From the IMG/VR virus record IMGVR_UViG_3300038674_000677, positions 1 to 32,199 of that record: a stretch of DNA of 32,199 nucleotides. One strand, written 5' to 3'. The position numbers were made by a program, and so were the translations under genes. Position 1 is the stretch's first letter, and each line of letters starts with the position of its first letter. Under the pieces are notes generated by a model. That model had not been told where the DNA came from. It ran no database searches and saw nothing but the letters and a program-made list of their open reading frames with translations. Shown here in pieces: positions 1 to 8,761 of this stretch. This DNA comes from a virus. Its lineage: Duplodnaviria > Caudoviricetes.

Positions 1-6
1 ATAGAT

Positions 7-1200
7 ATGAAAACATATAACATACCATTACAATTCAATTCTCAACTTGAAGAAGATTTTTGGAAAGACCTTTTAGAAAATCAAAAATCTATCTGTAATG
101 AAATGTATACTATCATCTTTGACAAAAAACCAATACTGGCGATGAAAGTATTTCACGATACACTTTATTCACATTTTAGAAAACTGTATCCAGAAGTATC
201 TTCCCAATTTATTATTAAGTCAGAACAAGAAGTTCTTTCTACTTTCAAAGCTATTAAATCTAATAAACACAAGTTAGATTCTGCTCCTGAAAAGAAAAAT
301 TTATCTTTAAGATTAGACAAAAGACTCTATTCAAAATTTACTAAAGATTCAATCTTTCTTATCTCCCCAATTAAGAACAAAAGAACCGAAGTAAAACTCA
401 ATCTGTATCCAAAAGTAGAAGAGTTATTTTCTCTATACAAAACTTTTGACCCACTTATTTTTTACAGAAACGGCAAATTCTATCTTTCAGTTAGTTTCGA
501 TATTCCAGAACCACCACTAAAAAACCAAGAAGCGTTAGGAGTAGATTTAGGAGTACGAAGGCTCTTTGTTACATCTGATGGAATTGCTCTTTCTGGAAAA
601 GAATACCAAAAACACAAAAGAAGAATCAGATACAATAAATGTTGTCTACAATCTAAAAAGACGCAAACTGCAAAAAAACACTTGAAAAAACTTTCTAAAA
701 AAGAAACTAATTTTTCCAAAAACTACATTCATCATGTAGCCAATGAAATACTCAAAACGGATAAATCAATTATCATATTTGAAGATTTAACTAAAATAAA
801 ACAAAATACTAGTAAGAGAGAAAATGGAACTAAAAGAAAATCACATAATAGAAATCTTGGTCAAATTCCATTTTTCTTACTAAAACAAATAACAACTTAC
901 AAGGCACTACATATTGGAAAATCTGTAGTAACAGTTAACCCAAGTTTCACTTCTCAAATTAATTCCCAAACTGGGAAGAAAGAAGGTGAAAGAAAGGGAT
1001 GTAGGTTTTATGTTGAAGATTCTGTTTACGATGCTGATTGGAACGCTTCCATCAATATCAGAAACAAGTATCTGAAACTTCTTATTTTGTCCAAAGTTCC
1101 CATTGATGGAAAATTGGACTTCTTAGGCAGGTTGCTTTCAACCAACCAATCGGTGGGAGAGAAATTTCCTATCAATCCCAACCCCTCGTGGGTTGGGTAG
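7..1200 (+). CDS. tnpB: TnpB-like RNA-guided endonuclease (IS200/IS605/IS607 family)
   Basis: RuvC-I GVDLG, RuvC-II FEDL, VNPSFTSQ, RuvC-III DADWNASINI; about 400 aa. The zinc-finger cysteines are largely missing. No TnpA in the window, but the left flank is not visible. Confidence 0.9.
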   Translation: MKTYNIPLQFNSQLEEDFWKDLLENQKSICNEMYTIIFDKKPILAMKVFHDTLYSHFRKLYPEVSSQFIIKSEQEVLSTFKAIKSNKHKLDSAPEKKNLSLRLDKRLYSKFTKDSIFLISPIKNKRTEVKLNLYPKVEELFSLYKTFDPLIFYRNGKFYLSVSFDIPEPPLKNQEALGVDLGVRRLFVTSDGIALSGKEYQKHKRRIRYNKCCLQSKKTQTAKKHLKKLSKKETNFSKNYIHHVANEILKTDKSIIIFEDLTKIKQNTSKRENGTKRKSHNRNLGQIPFFLLKQITTYKALHIGKSVVTVNPSFTSQINSQTGKKEGERKGCRFYVEDSVYDADWNASINIRNKYLKLLILSKVPIDGKLDFLGRLLSTNQSVGEKFPINPNPSWVG

Positions 1201-1204
1201 TTGA
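1120..1204 (+). mobile_element. Probable right end / omega-RNA scaffold of the TnpB element
   Basis: Perfect hairpin CCCAACCC-CTCGT-GGGTTGGG (1177-1197) followed by TAGTTGA, and an upstream GGTTG..CAACC stem. It overlaps the 3' end of tnpB, as omega-RNAs usually do. Confidence 0.6.
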
Positions 1205-1205
1205 A

Positions 1206-1448
1206 TTAAATTTCCTTTGGATAAAAGCAAAATGCTAAAATCTTTTCCTCTTTCTCTTGTTTTGGCTCGCCATTTTCTTCTATAACATAAGTAAAATCAT
1301 CAAATTCATTAAGTGTTGTGGTTGCGTTCCCTATTACCATATCATTTTCGTCCACTTCAAAAAAGAATACTTTCATATCATCTGGAAATACATTTAAGAA
1401 ATTCTTTAAATCGACGACTTTTATAAAGTTTTTATAATTATTTTCCAT
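1206..1448 (-). CDS. Hypothetical protein (80 aa)
   Basis: Overlaps the thyX stop; GGAG-type SD upstream. Confidence 0.7.
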   Translation of the reverse strand: MENNYKNFIKVVDLKNFLNVFPDDMKVFFFEVDENDMVIGNATTTLNEFDDFTYVIEENGEPKQEKEEKILAFCFYPKEI

Positions 1449-2388
1449 TTACTTCTCCATCTATTAATTCTGAAATAGCACGTGCTATTTCTCTTATGCT
1501 ATCTTGAGCTTTTTCACTATCTCTTTTCTCTATAAAATCCATAAATTGAGGATATCTCCCGGAAACTATTATTGTAGTCGCTGTAGCATTTGGCAATACT
1601 GCTCTCGCCTCTTGAGAAGTAAGACCGTTCTTTTTTAATTTCATATATATCATTTCAGAAAACTTAAATGCTTTTGAAAAATATCTCATTAATATTCCGT
1701 CATTTATTATGTTCTCTCTTGCAAAATCATAACAAAATGTTATTTCATTATTAAATTTCCCTAATTTGTAATTACAATACCTCTGACTTTCTTGGGCATA
1801 AGAAAAATCTCTATGCCTAACAAGTTGGTGAGACGTTGCTCTATTTGTCAGCACTTCAAAAGTAAAGGACTTATGAATCTTTCCATATTTAAATGCTTCA
1901 TCTTCTGAAATTACTTCTATAGTTCCAGAAGATATAATATTCTTATCTAAGAAAAATATAGGATATTCTTTGTATAAAGCTGTTTCAAGCATATCCAAAA
2001 ACCCTTCATTAAATAGAGGGCTATTTTTTAAATTATAATTAAATAAGTCCATCCATGCTCTAACATTTCCTGAAATAACTATACAACAAGCATTAGAATC
2101 CATAGTTATAAATATTCTACTGTTGCTCTCACCTTTTACGGCTTGAAGCCATTCATAGATATAGAAAGCATCTTCTCTTTCACCATCAGAAAATTTCCAT
2201 AATATTGGTATATTGCTATGTTCTAAAACAGAAAAATGCTTCCTCTCTATTTTGTCTACAATAAATTCTTCTCTAGTTTCCTCAGATGCCTTATCAATGC
2301 TTTTATAACAATTTCTTGCTGCATATTCTATTCTTTCATACAAGTCGTTAAACTTAAGCAGTTTAACATGCGGGTCTATAAATCTCAA
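1438..2388 (-). CDS. thyX: FAD-dependent thymidylate synthase ThyX
   Basis: AARNCYKS, HFSVLEH, HQLVRHRDFSYAQESQRY signature, ARAVLPNAT. Confidence 0.95.
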   Translation of the reverse strand: MRFIDPHVKLLKFNDLYERIEYAARNCYKSIDKASEETREEFIVDKIERKHFSVLEHSNIPILWKFSDGEREDAFYIYEWLQAVKGESNSRIFITMDSNACCIVISGNVRAWMDLFNYNLKNSPLFNEGFLDMLETALYKEYPIFFLDKNIISSGTIEVISEDEAFKYGKIHKSFTFEVLTNRATSHQLVRHRDFSYAQESQRYCNYKLGKFNNEITFCYDFARENIINDGILMRYFSKAFKFSEMIYMKLKKNGLTSQEARAVLPNATATTIIVSGRYPQFMDFIEKRDSEKAQDSIREIARAISELIDGEVNGK

Positions 2389-2816
2389 GTATCATTCTCC
2401 TTCTGTGAAAAAAACCTACAACTCTTTAATTTTTGTTCCAATGCTTTTTCTTTCTTATCACAATATAACCCTTCTTCGGTTTTAAGATATTTACAATCTT
2501 CACATCCTATCCCGAAAGGTATATTACCAGATAAAGTGTAAAAATATGTGTTAGTTTTTTCTATTTCTTTATTTTCATCAAAAGTAAACTCTAAAACAAC
2601 TTTTTCGTCATCATCTCTTCTAGAAACAAATGTAAAATCGTCGTCTATATTTGATAAAGCATTTTTTTCTATAAAATTTTCAAACTGTTTATTTAACAGA
2701 AACTTTTTATCTAACACATATTTTTTCATTTTAATATCTACTATTATAAAATACTGAAATGCCTTTGATTCTTTATAAAGAAATTTAATCTGTATCGAAA
2801 CTTTTGCGTACTTCAC
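2385..2816 (-). CDS. Hypothetical protein with C-terminal 4-Cys (probable Zn-binding) motif
   Basis: CEDC...YC...SC near the C-terminus; overlaps its neighbours in the operon. Confidence 0.65.
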   Translation of the reverse strand: MKYAKVSIQIKFLYKESKAFQYFIIVDIKMKKYVLDKKFLLNKQFENFIEKNALSNIDDDFTFVSRRDDDEKVVLEFTFDENKEIEKTNTYFYTLSGNIPFGIGCEDCKYLKTEEGLYCDKKEKALEQKLKSCRFFSQKENDT

Positions 2817-2967
2817 TTTCTAAAAAATCCTTATTAAAAGTATCTCCTCCAATAGCCATATCAAAACTAGTAGATATTATATTTATGAGGTTTTGAAGAA
2901 GTGAATTCGTTTGTTTTTGATTATTAATTATTTCTTTAAAATAATTTTCTAAATTTACATCTAGCAT
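2785..2967 (-). CDS. Hypothetical protein (60 aa)
   Basis: Fills the operon gap; AAGGA SD upstream. Confidence 0.6.
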   Translation of the reverse strand: MLDVNLENYFKEIINNQKQTNSLLQNLINIISTSFDMAIGGDTFNKDFLESEVRKSFDTD

Positions 2968-2970
2968 ATA

Positions 2971-3360
2971 TTATTCCTTATTTAAAGTCAAATTTTTCAA
3001 CTTGCTTAAAGAATCTATATATTTGAAGAAATCACCTTTCCTCTCCGCCAAGGCTTTATCGATAGCCTGCTCTGTCTTTTGTCTATTATCTTCTGAGGAC
3101 TGAACTTCTCCAAAATCAAAACTTAATGGGCTAAGATGTTTAAAACTTCCACTTTTCAAACGTCTAATAAAATTATCCAGATATTCATTAAAAAATCCTC
3201 TGCCTAACTCTAACTCCATTATCGTTTTTAAAGCATCAATAGATGCTTGCTTCTCACCGGAATCATTTTCTAATTGGTTGTTTTGATTTTGTGGGTGCTC
3301 TACTTGCTGTTCGTCTTGCGAAAAGATTCCTTTGTTGTATAAATCTAATAAATCAGACAT
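2971..3360 (-). CDS. Hypothetical protein (129 aa)
   Basis: Stop/start overlap with the upstream gene; GGAGG SD. Confidence 0.75.
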   Translation of the reverse strand: MSDLLDLYNKGIFSQDEQQVEHPQNQNNQLENDSGEKQASIDALKTIMELELGRGFFNEYLDNFIRRLKSGSFKHLSPLSFDFGEVQSSEDNRQKTEQAIDKALAERKGDFFKYIDSLSKLKNLTLNKE

Positions 3361-3623
3361 TAATCCTCCTCTTTGTAAGCATCATACAATTTCTTCACGT
3401 CTTCTACTAATTCTTCATCGAATACCTCACCTTCTTGCTTGATATTAGTGAGCATTTTAATAATAGAAGTCACCTTTTCTTTCTTGACGCCTAAAATTTC
3501 TGCGAGTTCCCCTTTAAGTCCTTTAATACTATTGTTAATACTTTCTTTGGACACCATCAAATCTTCAAACGCTTCCATCTTTGTTCTGAATTCATCAATA
3601 TCAATATTGTTTAAGTCAATCAT
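3360..3623 (-). CDS. dsbA: T4 DsbA/GapR-like small dsDNA-binding protein (start revised to ATG 3623)
   Basis: Pattern IKGLKGELAEILGVKKEKVTSIIKM...VEDVKKLYD resembles T4 DsbA; lies near rnh as in T4. AGGAG SD precedes 3623, whereas the longer start at 3650 falls inside a promoter. Confidence 0.6.
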   Translation of the reverse strand: MIDLNNIDIDEFRTKMEAFEDLMVSKESINNSIKGLKGELAEILGVKKEKVTSIIKMLTNIKQEGEVFDEELVEDVKKLYDAYKEED

Positions 3624-3641
3624 TTTTTTCTCCTGTAATTT

Positions 3642-3670
3642 ATAATACATTTTTTTAAATTTTTAGTCAA
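3642..3670 (-). promoter_or_regulatory. sigma70-type promoter
   Basis: TTGACT-17 nt-TATTAT. Confidence 0.75.
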
Positions 3671-3676
3671 CAAGAA

Positions 3677-3865
3677 TTACGATTCAAATTCTTCTTGCTC
3701 TTCTACAACTAAATCGGTTAATTTAAATCTTTCCGTAAGTCTTTCTCCCATATGGTAATAATAACAAAATACAATACCTTGATTAGAAAAACCTTCTACT
3801 TTCATTTTGAAATTTGGGTCTTTTTTTAAAGAAACAACACAGCCAGCATATAATTTCAACCCCAT
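3677..3865 (-). CDS. YodC/DUF2158-like small beta protein
   Basis: G.VV.LK....MKV....V.C.Y......ERF...DL pattern. Confidence 0.55.
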   Translation of the reverse strand: MGLKLYAGCVVSLKKDPNFKMKVEGFSNQGIVFCYYYHMGERLTERFKLTDLVVEEQEEFES

Positions 3866-3867
3866 AT

Positions 3868-4095
3868 TTACTCTTTATCTCCTTTGAGAATTTCTATTGT
3901 TGTTTTCATTTCATCATTAAGAATGTTCTGAAACTCCTTACATTTGTAAGGTTTATTTTTAAGTGCTCTTTTCATAGGATTCAAAATAATTTTTCCATGT
4001 GTAGTAGTGAACTCTTTTGCCTCTCCAATTCTTCTTGCCAACAATCTACTTTCTCTTGCCATTTTATTACTTGGCAAATTATAATCTGAACTCAT
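3868..4095 (-). CDS. Hypothetical protein (75 aa)
   Basis: ATGA overlap with the rnh stop; GGAGG SD. Confidence 0.7.
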   Translation of the reverse strand: MSSDYNLPSNKMARESRLLARRIGEAKEFTTTHGKIILNPMKRALKNKPYKCKEFQNILNDEMKTTIEILKGDKE

Positions 4096-5030
4096 AGCCC
4101 TCCTTTAATGCTTTCAAGCAAATTATCTATATCTATTTCTTCAAAATCAGAATCACTCGTCTGGTTTCGAACTTCTTTCTCTCCGTTTAAAGCATCATAT
4201 ATTTCTGAAACTGTATTCCACCAAAATTGTATATGATTTACCAGTCCTCTATTATACATAAATATTTCTATCTCTTTCGGGTCGAATTCATTCCATTCTT
4301 TTTCGTTATATTGCTTTATAACGTTTTTGTGAATATCATTTGGAAATTTTCTCAAATCAACAATTTTTAAAAGGTTTTCGTATTCTTCCTCTTTCCCTTT
4401 AATTTTTGTAGCAAAAACTTCTTCATTTAACATCATTTTTTCAAAAGTTTTTTTCCCTAATCTTGGAATACCGGATATTCCATCACTAGGGTCCCCAACA
4501 ATAGCCTTAAACTCAATTATATTAGGCTTAGGATATACTATTTCTCTTTTAATAGGGTTATATATATTAATCTTTTCATTAAAATTATGCAGTTGAGTTA
4601 AATCACCATCACCAGAAACTACTAATACATCTTCACCAAGTTCTGCAAAATAAGTAGATAAAGCATAAATCGAATCATCTGCTTCTGCTCCATCTACTGA
4701 TATAACCTTTGTTGGGTAGAGACTTAATAATCTTTCAATATTTTGAAATTCTTTTTTCAACATAATATAAGAGTCTTCTGTTTTACTTTCGTCTCTATTT
4801 CTTTTATACTGAGGATATAAACTTCTCCTCCAATCTAATGAACCTCTACCTTCTGAACAAATAATAATTTGCCCATAATCTTTTGCTAATTCATTAATTT
4901 TGTTTATAAAAAGATGATAAAAAAAACCTATATCCTTTTCTGTAAACTCCCCTTTCTCTTTAATCACATTTGACTTAGCAACACTAAAACTGATAAATAC
5001 TAAATTCATCATATCTACTAGAACCTTCAA
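4092..5030 (-). CDS. rnh: T4 RNase H-like 5'-3' exonuclease/flap endonuclease
   Basis: LVDMMN, WRRSLYPQYKRNR, EADD, VSGDGDLTQL, GDPSDGISGI (FEN1/PIN-like family motifs). Confidence 0.92.
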   Translation of the reverse strand: MKVLVDMMNLVFISFSVAKSNVIKEKGEFTEKDIGFFYHLFINKINELAKDYGQIIICSEGRGSLDWRRSLYPQYKRNRDESKTEDSYIMLKKEFQNIERLLSLYPTKVISVDGAEADDSIYALSTYFAELGEDVLVVSGDGDLTQLHNFNEKINIYNPIKREIVYPKPNIIEFKAIVGDPSDGISGIPRLGKKTFEKMMLNEEVFATKIKGKEEEYENLLKIVDLRKFPNDIHKNVIKQYNEKEWNEFDPKEIEIFMYNRGLVNHIQFWWNTVSEIYDALNGEKEVRNQTSDSDFEEIDIDNLLESIKGGL

Positions 5031-5053
5031 TTCGTATTCCTCACTTATTTTTA

Positions 5054-5082
5054 ATTATATAATTTTTTTAAAATTTTGTCAA
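5054..5082 (-). promoter_or_regulatory. Consensus sigma70 promoter
   Basis: TTGACA-17 nt-TATAAT. Confidence 0.88.
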
Positions 5083-5083
5083 T

Positions 5084-5106
5084 AAAAAACTGGCTTCAAG
5101 CCAGTT
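5084..5106 (-). terminator. Rho-independent terminator
   Basis: AACTGGCTT-G-AAGCCAGTT inverted repeat followed by a T run on the minus strand. Confidence 0.8.
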
Positions 5107-5669
5107 CAATCCAAGAAATCATCACCAGATATTTTTTTAAGCACTTCATAAACATTTCTATGTCTTTTCATAAAAATTGCTTTCCTTATTTCCAAATCTT
5201 CAACATATCTATCTCTCATGTATTTCTTAGAAAAATAAAAAATAGGCTGATAAAACATATTCCTTTCTATTTTCATCATATTATTTCTATCTTTTACAAA
5301 ATTTTCTATTTTATTTTCTTTTATATTTTCTTTTTTACACCAAGAATTTATTTCTCTAATTGTATAAGATATTTTATCTCTTGCTTCTATTTCTATTTGT
5401 GTTTTTTTTAAATCTACAAAATCTCTATAAATCTCTTTTCCTCTTTTCCCATTAAGAAGATAAGGAAATATTATAGTATCTCCAAAATCTTGTTTAAAAA
5501 AATAAACCATAAACCCGGCAGCATCTTCCTCACTAATAAAAGTGGACGCTTTTACGAATTGCGTCCACCATTTACTTTCTTTAACTTTTCTGATATTGTA
5601 AGGAGATTTCCCATATTTCTTCCTAAAATTCTTCGAAAATTCTAAAGATATAGAAAAAGCTAAATCCAT
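5106..5669 (-). CDS. Hypothetical protein (187 aa); gp59-like helicase loader possible by size and context only
   Basis: AAGGAG SD; basic helical protein adjacent to rnh/dsbA. Function not supported by motifs. Confidence 0.7.
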   Translation of the reverse strand: MDLAFSISLEFSKNFRKKYGKSPYNIRKVKESKWWTQFVKASTFISEEDAAGFMVYFFKQDFGDTIIFPYLLNGKRGKEIYRDFVDLKKTQIEIEARDKISYTIREINSWCKKENIKENKIENFVKDRNNMMKIERNMFYQPIFYFSKKYMRDRYVEDLEIRKAIFMKRHRNVYEVLKKISGDDFLD

Positions 5670-5678
5670 GTTTCTCCT

Positions 5679-5966
5679 TTATACTATTGTATTTTGAACA
5701 ACTTGGTTTTGATTAATTCCCTTATTTGCAGCTAGTTGAGTGGTTTTAACTCTGTCTGATTGCTGTTTTTGAGCCATTAATTGTTTATTTAAATCTTCCA
5801 TTCTTTTTTTATATTCAGCATCATTAATAGTCTTTTTCTTCCACATATTATTTAATTCAAGTAATTGTCTCTTTAATATATCACTGTTTAAACTAACTTG
5901 TTGAATTTTTTTTGATATGTCTTCTTGGTCGTTAAGTGCTTCTAGAATTTCTTTTAAAGTTTTCAT
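5679..5966 (-). CDS. Small coiled-coil protein, possible virion-internal protein
   Basis: N-terminus MKTLKEILEA carries L/I-x-E motifs; heptad character. Confidence 0.7.
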   Translation of the reverse strand: MKTLKEILEALNDQEDISKKIQQVSLNSDILKRQLLELNNMWKKKTINDAEYKKRMEDLNKQLMAQKQQSDRVKTTQLAANKGINQNQVVQNTIV

Positions 5967-5989
5967 ATTATTCCCCTACAAGTTTATAT

Positions 5990-6322
5990 TTACATAAAAT
6001 CTTTAAAGAAATCATCTTCATCATCTTTTTTCTTTAATGCCTTTTCATCTTTTTGTTTAAAAATTTCAATAGATGGTTCTACACTTTTAATTAATTCATC
6101 CTTCATTGGAGGCTTTTCGTCTTCAAATATCTTAACAGTTTCTTCATTAAAATATACAGGCTCAATTACTTTTTTTGGTTGTTCTTTTTCAAAAATTTCA
6201 TCTGGTGCCAATAAAACTTTCTGTCCGTTTGCGTAAGCGCATAAATATTTACCATTTTTATAAGAAATAACTATTAAATTAAAACCATTTTTATCTTTAT
6301 AGGGTTTTAGTAATTCTATCAT
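5990..6322 (-). CDS. Hypothetical protein (110 aa)
   Basis: ATGA overlap with the stop of DnaE piece 3; acidic C-terminus DDEDDFFKDFM. Confidence 0.7.
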   Translation of the reverse strand: MIELLKPYKDKNGFNLIVISYKNGKYLCAYANGQKVLLAPDEIFEKEQPKKVIEPVYFNEETVKIFEDEKPPMKDELIKSVEPSIEIFKQKDEKALKKKDDEDDFFKDFM

Positions 6323-7920
6323 CCGTATGCTTTCCTTATTGGCACCACAAATTTGTTAATAGTATTTTCGTCGTTTACAAATTTATTAAGTCCAAACATT
6401 ATCTGTTGTTTATCATTTCTATATAAGAACATTAAGCAAACAGACTTATCTATAATTTTATTGTTAATAAATTTCCAAAAACTCGCAAAAACTGGTATAC
6501 TGGCACTATTTCCAGCCATATCTTCTATGTCAACAAAAGCCATTTCATTTCCATTTTTATCGTTTATAATTCTCATTTTATTGATAAAAACTGGAACCCT
6601 CCAAGATACTCCTACTTGATTTAAAGAATTAAAAGTAGATTTTAGCAAACCTCTTTTTTCGCCCTCAGCAAATGTTTCTATTTCTTTCTCGCTAAAAGGA
6701 GATATAAAATAATTAAATCCAATAGTTTCTTGTTCTAATTCTTTTAAAAATTCCGTAGTGACTGGAACAAAATCTATATTCTTCCAATCTTCTTTTTTTC
6801 TTAACCAAGTATTTATATAATTTCTTATGCTATCATCTTGTTCTATTATTTCTTCGACAGAACATTTTTCTAATAAATGTTTAGTATGAGCACTTTTAGA
6901 AATTGCTTTCTTTTCATCCCAAAAATATGTAAAAGCATTAATCATTTGTCTTCTATTTAGTTCTGATTCTAATTTATCAAAACAACCAAACTTAACTAAA
7001 GACGAAATAGAACGCTTATTTATTTTTGAATTTTCTAAACTCTTTATTAAAAAGTCTGCAAAATCTTTGTAAGGTGCATTATTAACTATTGCTTCGGCAA
7101 CTTCATCACCTATTTGCTTTAAATTTCTTAAACCAATATGAATAGTGTTTCCATCAACAAAAGTTTTTGCTTTAGATGTATTTACATCTGGTGGCGATAT
7201 AGTATACCCATAACTTTTTATTTGTTTAAGTATTTCTGGAACACTTTCTCTATCTCTATCCATTGTATATTCTATAATAGCGGAATAGAAATATTTTCTA
7301 AAATAATAAGTCAAATACATGGTTATAAGTCCGTTATAAGAATAAGCAACAGCATGCGATTTGTTAAAACTATACGAAGACATCATAAGCATATCATTTG
7401 CTATTTTTCTAGCTTCTTCGTTTGTTAACCCGTTGGCTTTAGCACCTTCTTCAAACTTCGCAATCTCTTCATCCCATTTTTTTAAATCTTCTGGTTTTTT
7501 ATCTGCTTTACCAAGTTTCTTCATAAGCCCACGAAGATAGTTAGTTTTTTCAAGGGTAAATCCGCCTATTTTGTTAAAGATATTCATTGCCTGTTCTTGA
7601 AATATTATAGTTCCATGAGATTCTTTTAACAATTCATTAACTTTCTGTGGATATGTAGAAGTATTGTTTTCTTTATTTTCTAGATATTGTGGTAAAAAAT
7701 CTATAGTCCCTGGTCGAGCAAATGCGTTAATAGCAACTATATCTTGAAAAGATTCTGGTTTTACTTTTTTTGTGACGTTTTCTGCTGTTCCGCCACTAAA
7801 TTGAAACACACCCATAGGAGTTTTCTCTAAAACGCTATAAAGATTTTTATCTGCTACATCTATATTGTAAACGAATTTCATTAAATCTTCTTTGCTTACT
7901 TCCTTTATAACTTTAATCAT
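6319..7920 (-). CDS. dnaE: DNA polymerase III alpha (DnaE), piece 3: fingers, HhH and OB domains
   Basis: GVFQF, AINAFARPG, ESHGTIIFQEQAM, YSFNKSHAVAY, PPDVNTS, GLRNLKQIG, DKNGNEMAFVDIED. Confidence 0.93.
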   Translation of the reverse strand: MIKVIKEVSKEDLMKFVYNIDVADKNLYSVLEKTPMGVFQFSGGTAENVTKKVKPESFQDIVAINAFARPGTIDFLPQYLENKENNTSTYPQKVNELLKESHGTIIFQEQAMNIFNKIGGFTLEKTNYLRGLMKKLGKADKKPEDLKKWDEEIAKFEEGAKANGLTNEEARKIANDMLMMSSYSFNKSHAVAYSYNGLITMYLTYYFRKYFYSAIIEYTMDRDRESVPEILKQIKSYGYTISPPDVNTSKAKTFVDGNTIHIGLRNLKQIGDEVAEAIVNNAPYKDFADFLIKSLENSKINKRSISSLVKFGCFDKLESELNRRQMINAFTYFWDEKKAISKSAHTKHLLEKCSVEEIIEQDDSIRNYINTWLRKKEDWKNIDFVPVTTEFLKELEQETIGFNYFISPFSEKEIETFAEGEKRGLLKSTFNSLNQVGVSWRVPVFINKMRIINDKNGNEMAFVDIEDMAGNSASIPVFASFWKFINNKIIDKSVCLMFLYRNDKQQIMFGLNKFVNDENTINKFVVPIRKAYG

Positions 7921-7930
7921 TAATTCCTCG

Positions 7931-8389
7931 TTAGACTATCTTTTTAGTTCTTCTTTTTTTAGTTTTTGTTTTATTCTCAGATTCTAATTTTTCAGCTTCT
8001 TCTACCATTTCATTATATACAACTATTAATTCCGGATTATATACATACCCATTAAATACTTTCATCCACTCAGCATCATCATCGTCATAATCAAGCATTG
8101 GGGCTTTTTCGTCTCTTTTTTTCTGCTTTCTTAATATTTCTCTAATTCTAAAATCTGAATTTTGCCATATAAAAGCCATCAAATCTCTGGACGGGTCTAC
8201 TTTATTTGCTAAAATTTTTTTCCACAAATTTTCCATACAATCTTGGCTCATATCCATTCTTAATTCATCGTTATAGATGCTAAACTTTCTTAATAGAACA
8301 AAATCGGTTATTTCCTTCGCCTGTTTAAAAAAATAATTAAAATCTCCTTTAAGAAAACTATCTTTCAATAAAGTTTTATCTATGTTCAT
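7931..8389 (-). CDS. Truncated sigma-factor-like protein (region 2 only; gp55-like late sigma candidate)
   Basis: DMSQDCMENLWKKI...DPSRDLMAFIWQ....IREILRK matches the sigma region 2 pattern; no region-4 HTH visible. Confidence 0.6.
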   Translation of the reverse strand: MNIDKTLLKDSFLKGDFNYFFKQAKEITDFVLLRKFSIYNDELRMDMSQDCMENLWKKILANKVDPSRDLMAFIWQNSDFRIREILRKQKKRDEKAPMLDYDDDDAEWMKVFNGYVYNPELIVVYNEMVEEAEKLESENKTKTKKRRTKKIV

Positions 8390-8670
8390 GTTAAATCTTC
8401 CTCTATGTTAAGAGATTGTAATTCGTCTTTACGCTTTTCTAAAGCCCAAACACTCTCTCTGAATCCACCCTGAGATTTATCTATGCCATCATAGATACCT
8501 AAGAAATGGGAAACTAACCCATAAATTTTCATACATTTTCCAGTCTCTAAAGCAAGAACATTAATATTAGGATTCTCAGACATACACTGTCTCTCCATAA
8601 TATTTAAATGATTTTGAAGTTCTTTCATTAGAAGTTTTGTATAATCAGCAACTTGCTCGTTCGAATACAT
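8386..8670 (-). CDS. Hypothetical protein (94 aa)
   Basis: TAAGGA SD, own promoter, ATGA overlap with the next gene. Confidence 0.75.
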   Translation of the reverse strand: MYSNEQVADYTKLLMKELQNHLNIMERQCMSENPNINVLALETGKCMKIYGLVSHFLGIYDGIDKSQGGFRESVWALEKRKDELQSLNIEEDLT

Positions 8671-8691
8671 TTTTTATTCCTTACCGCTTAT

Positions 8692-8720
8692 AGTATATAA
8701 TTTTTTTAAAATTTTGTCAA
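8692..8720 (-). promoter_or_regulatory. sigma70 promoter
   Basis: TTGACA-17 nt-TATACT. Confidence 0.85.
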
Positions 8721-8721
8721 A

Positions 8722-8760
8722 ATAAAAGATGCCAGAGAAATGAACCCCTGGCATCTTTTT
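8722..8760 (-). terminator. Rho-independent terminator after DnaE piece 2
   Basis: AAAAGATGCCAG...CTGGCATCTTTT inverted repeat. Confidence 0.8.
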
Positions 8761-8761
8761 A

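Noticed and set aside
5106-5669. Firm gp59 helicase-loader assignment
   Set aside because: Only size and neighbourhood are suggestive; no recognisable motif.
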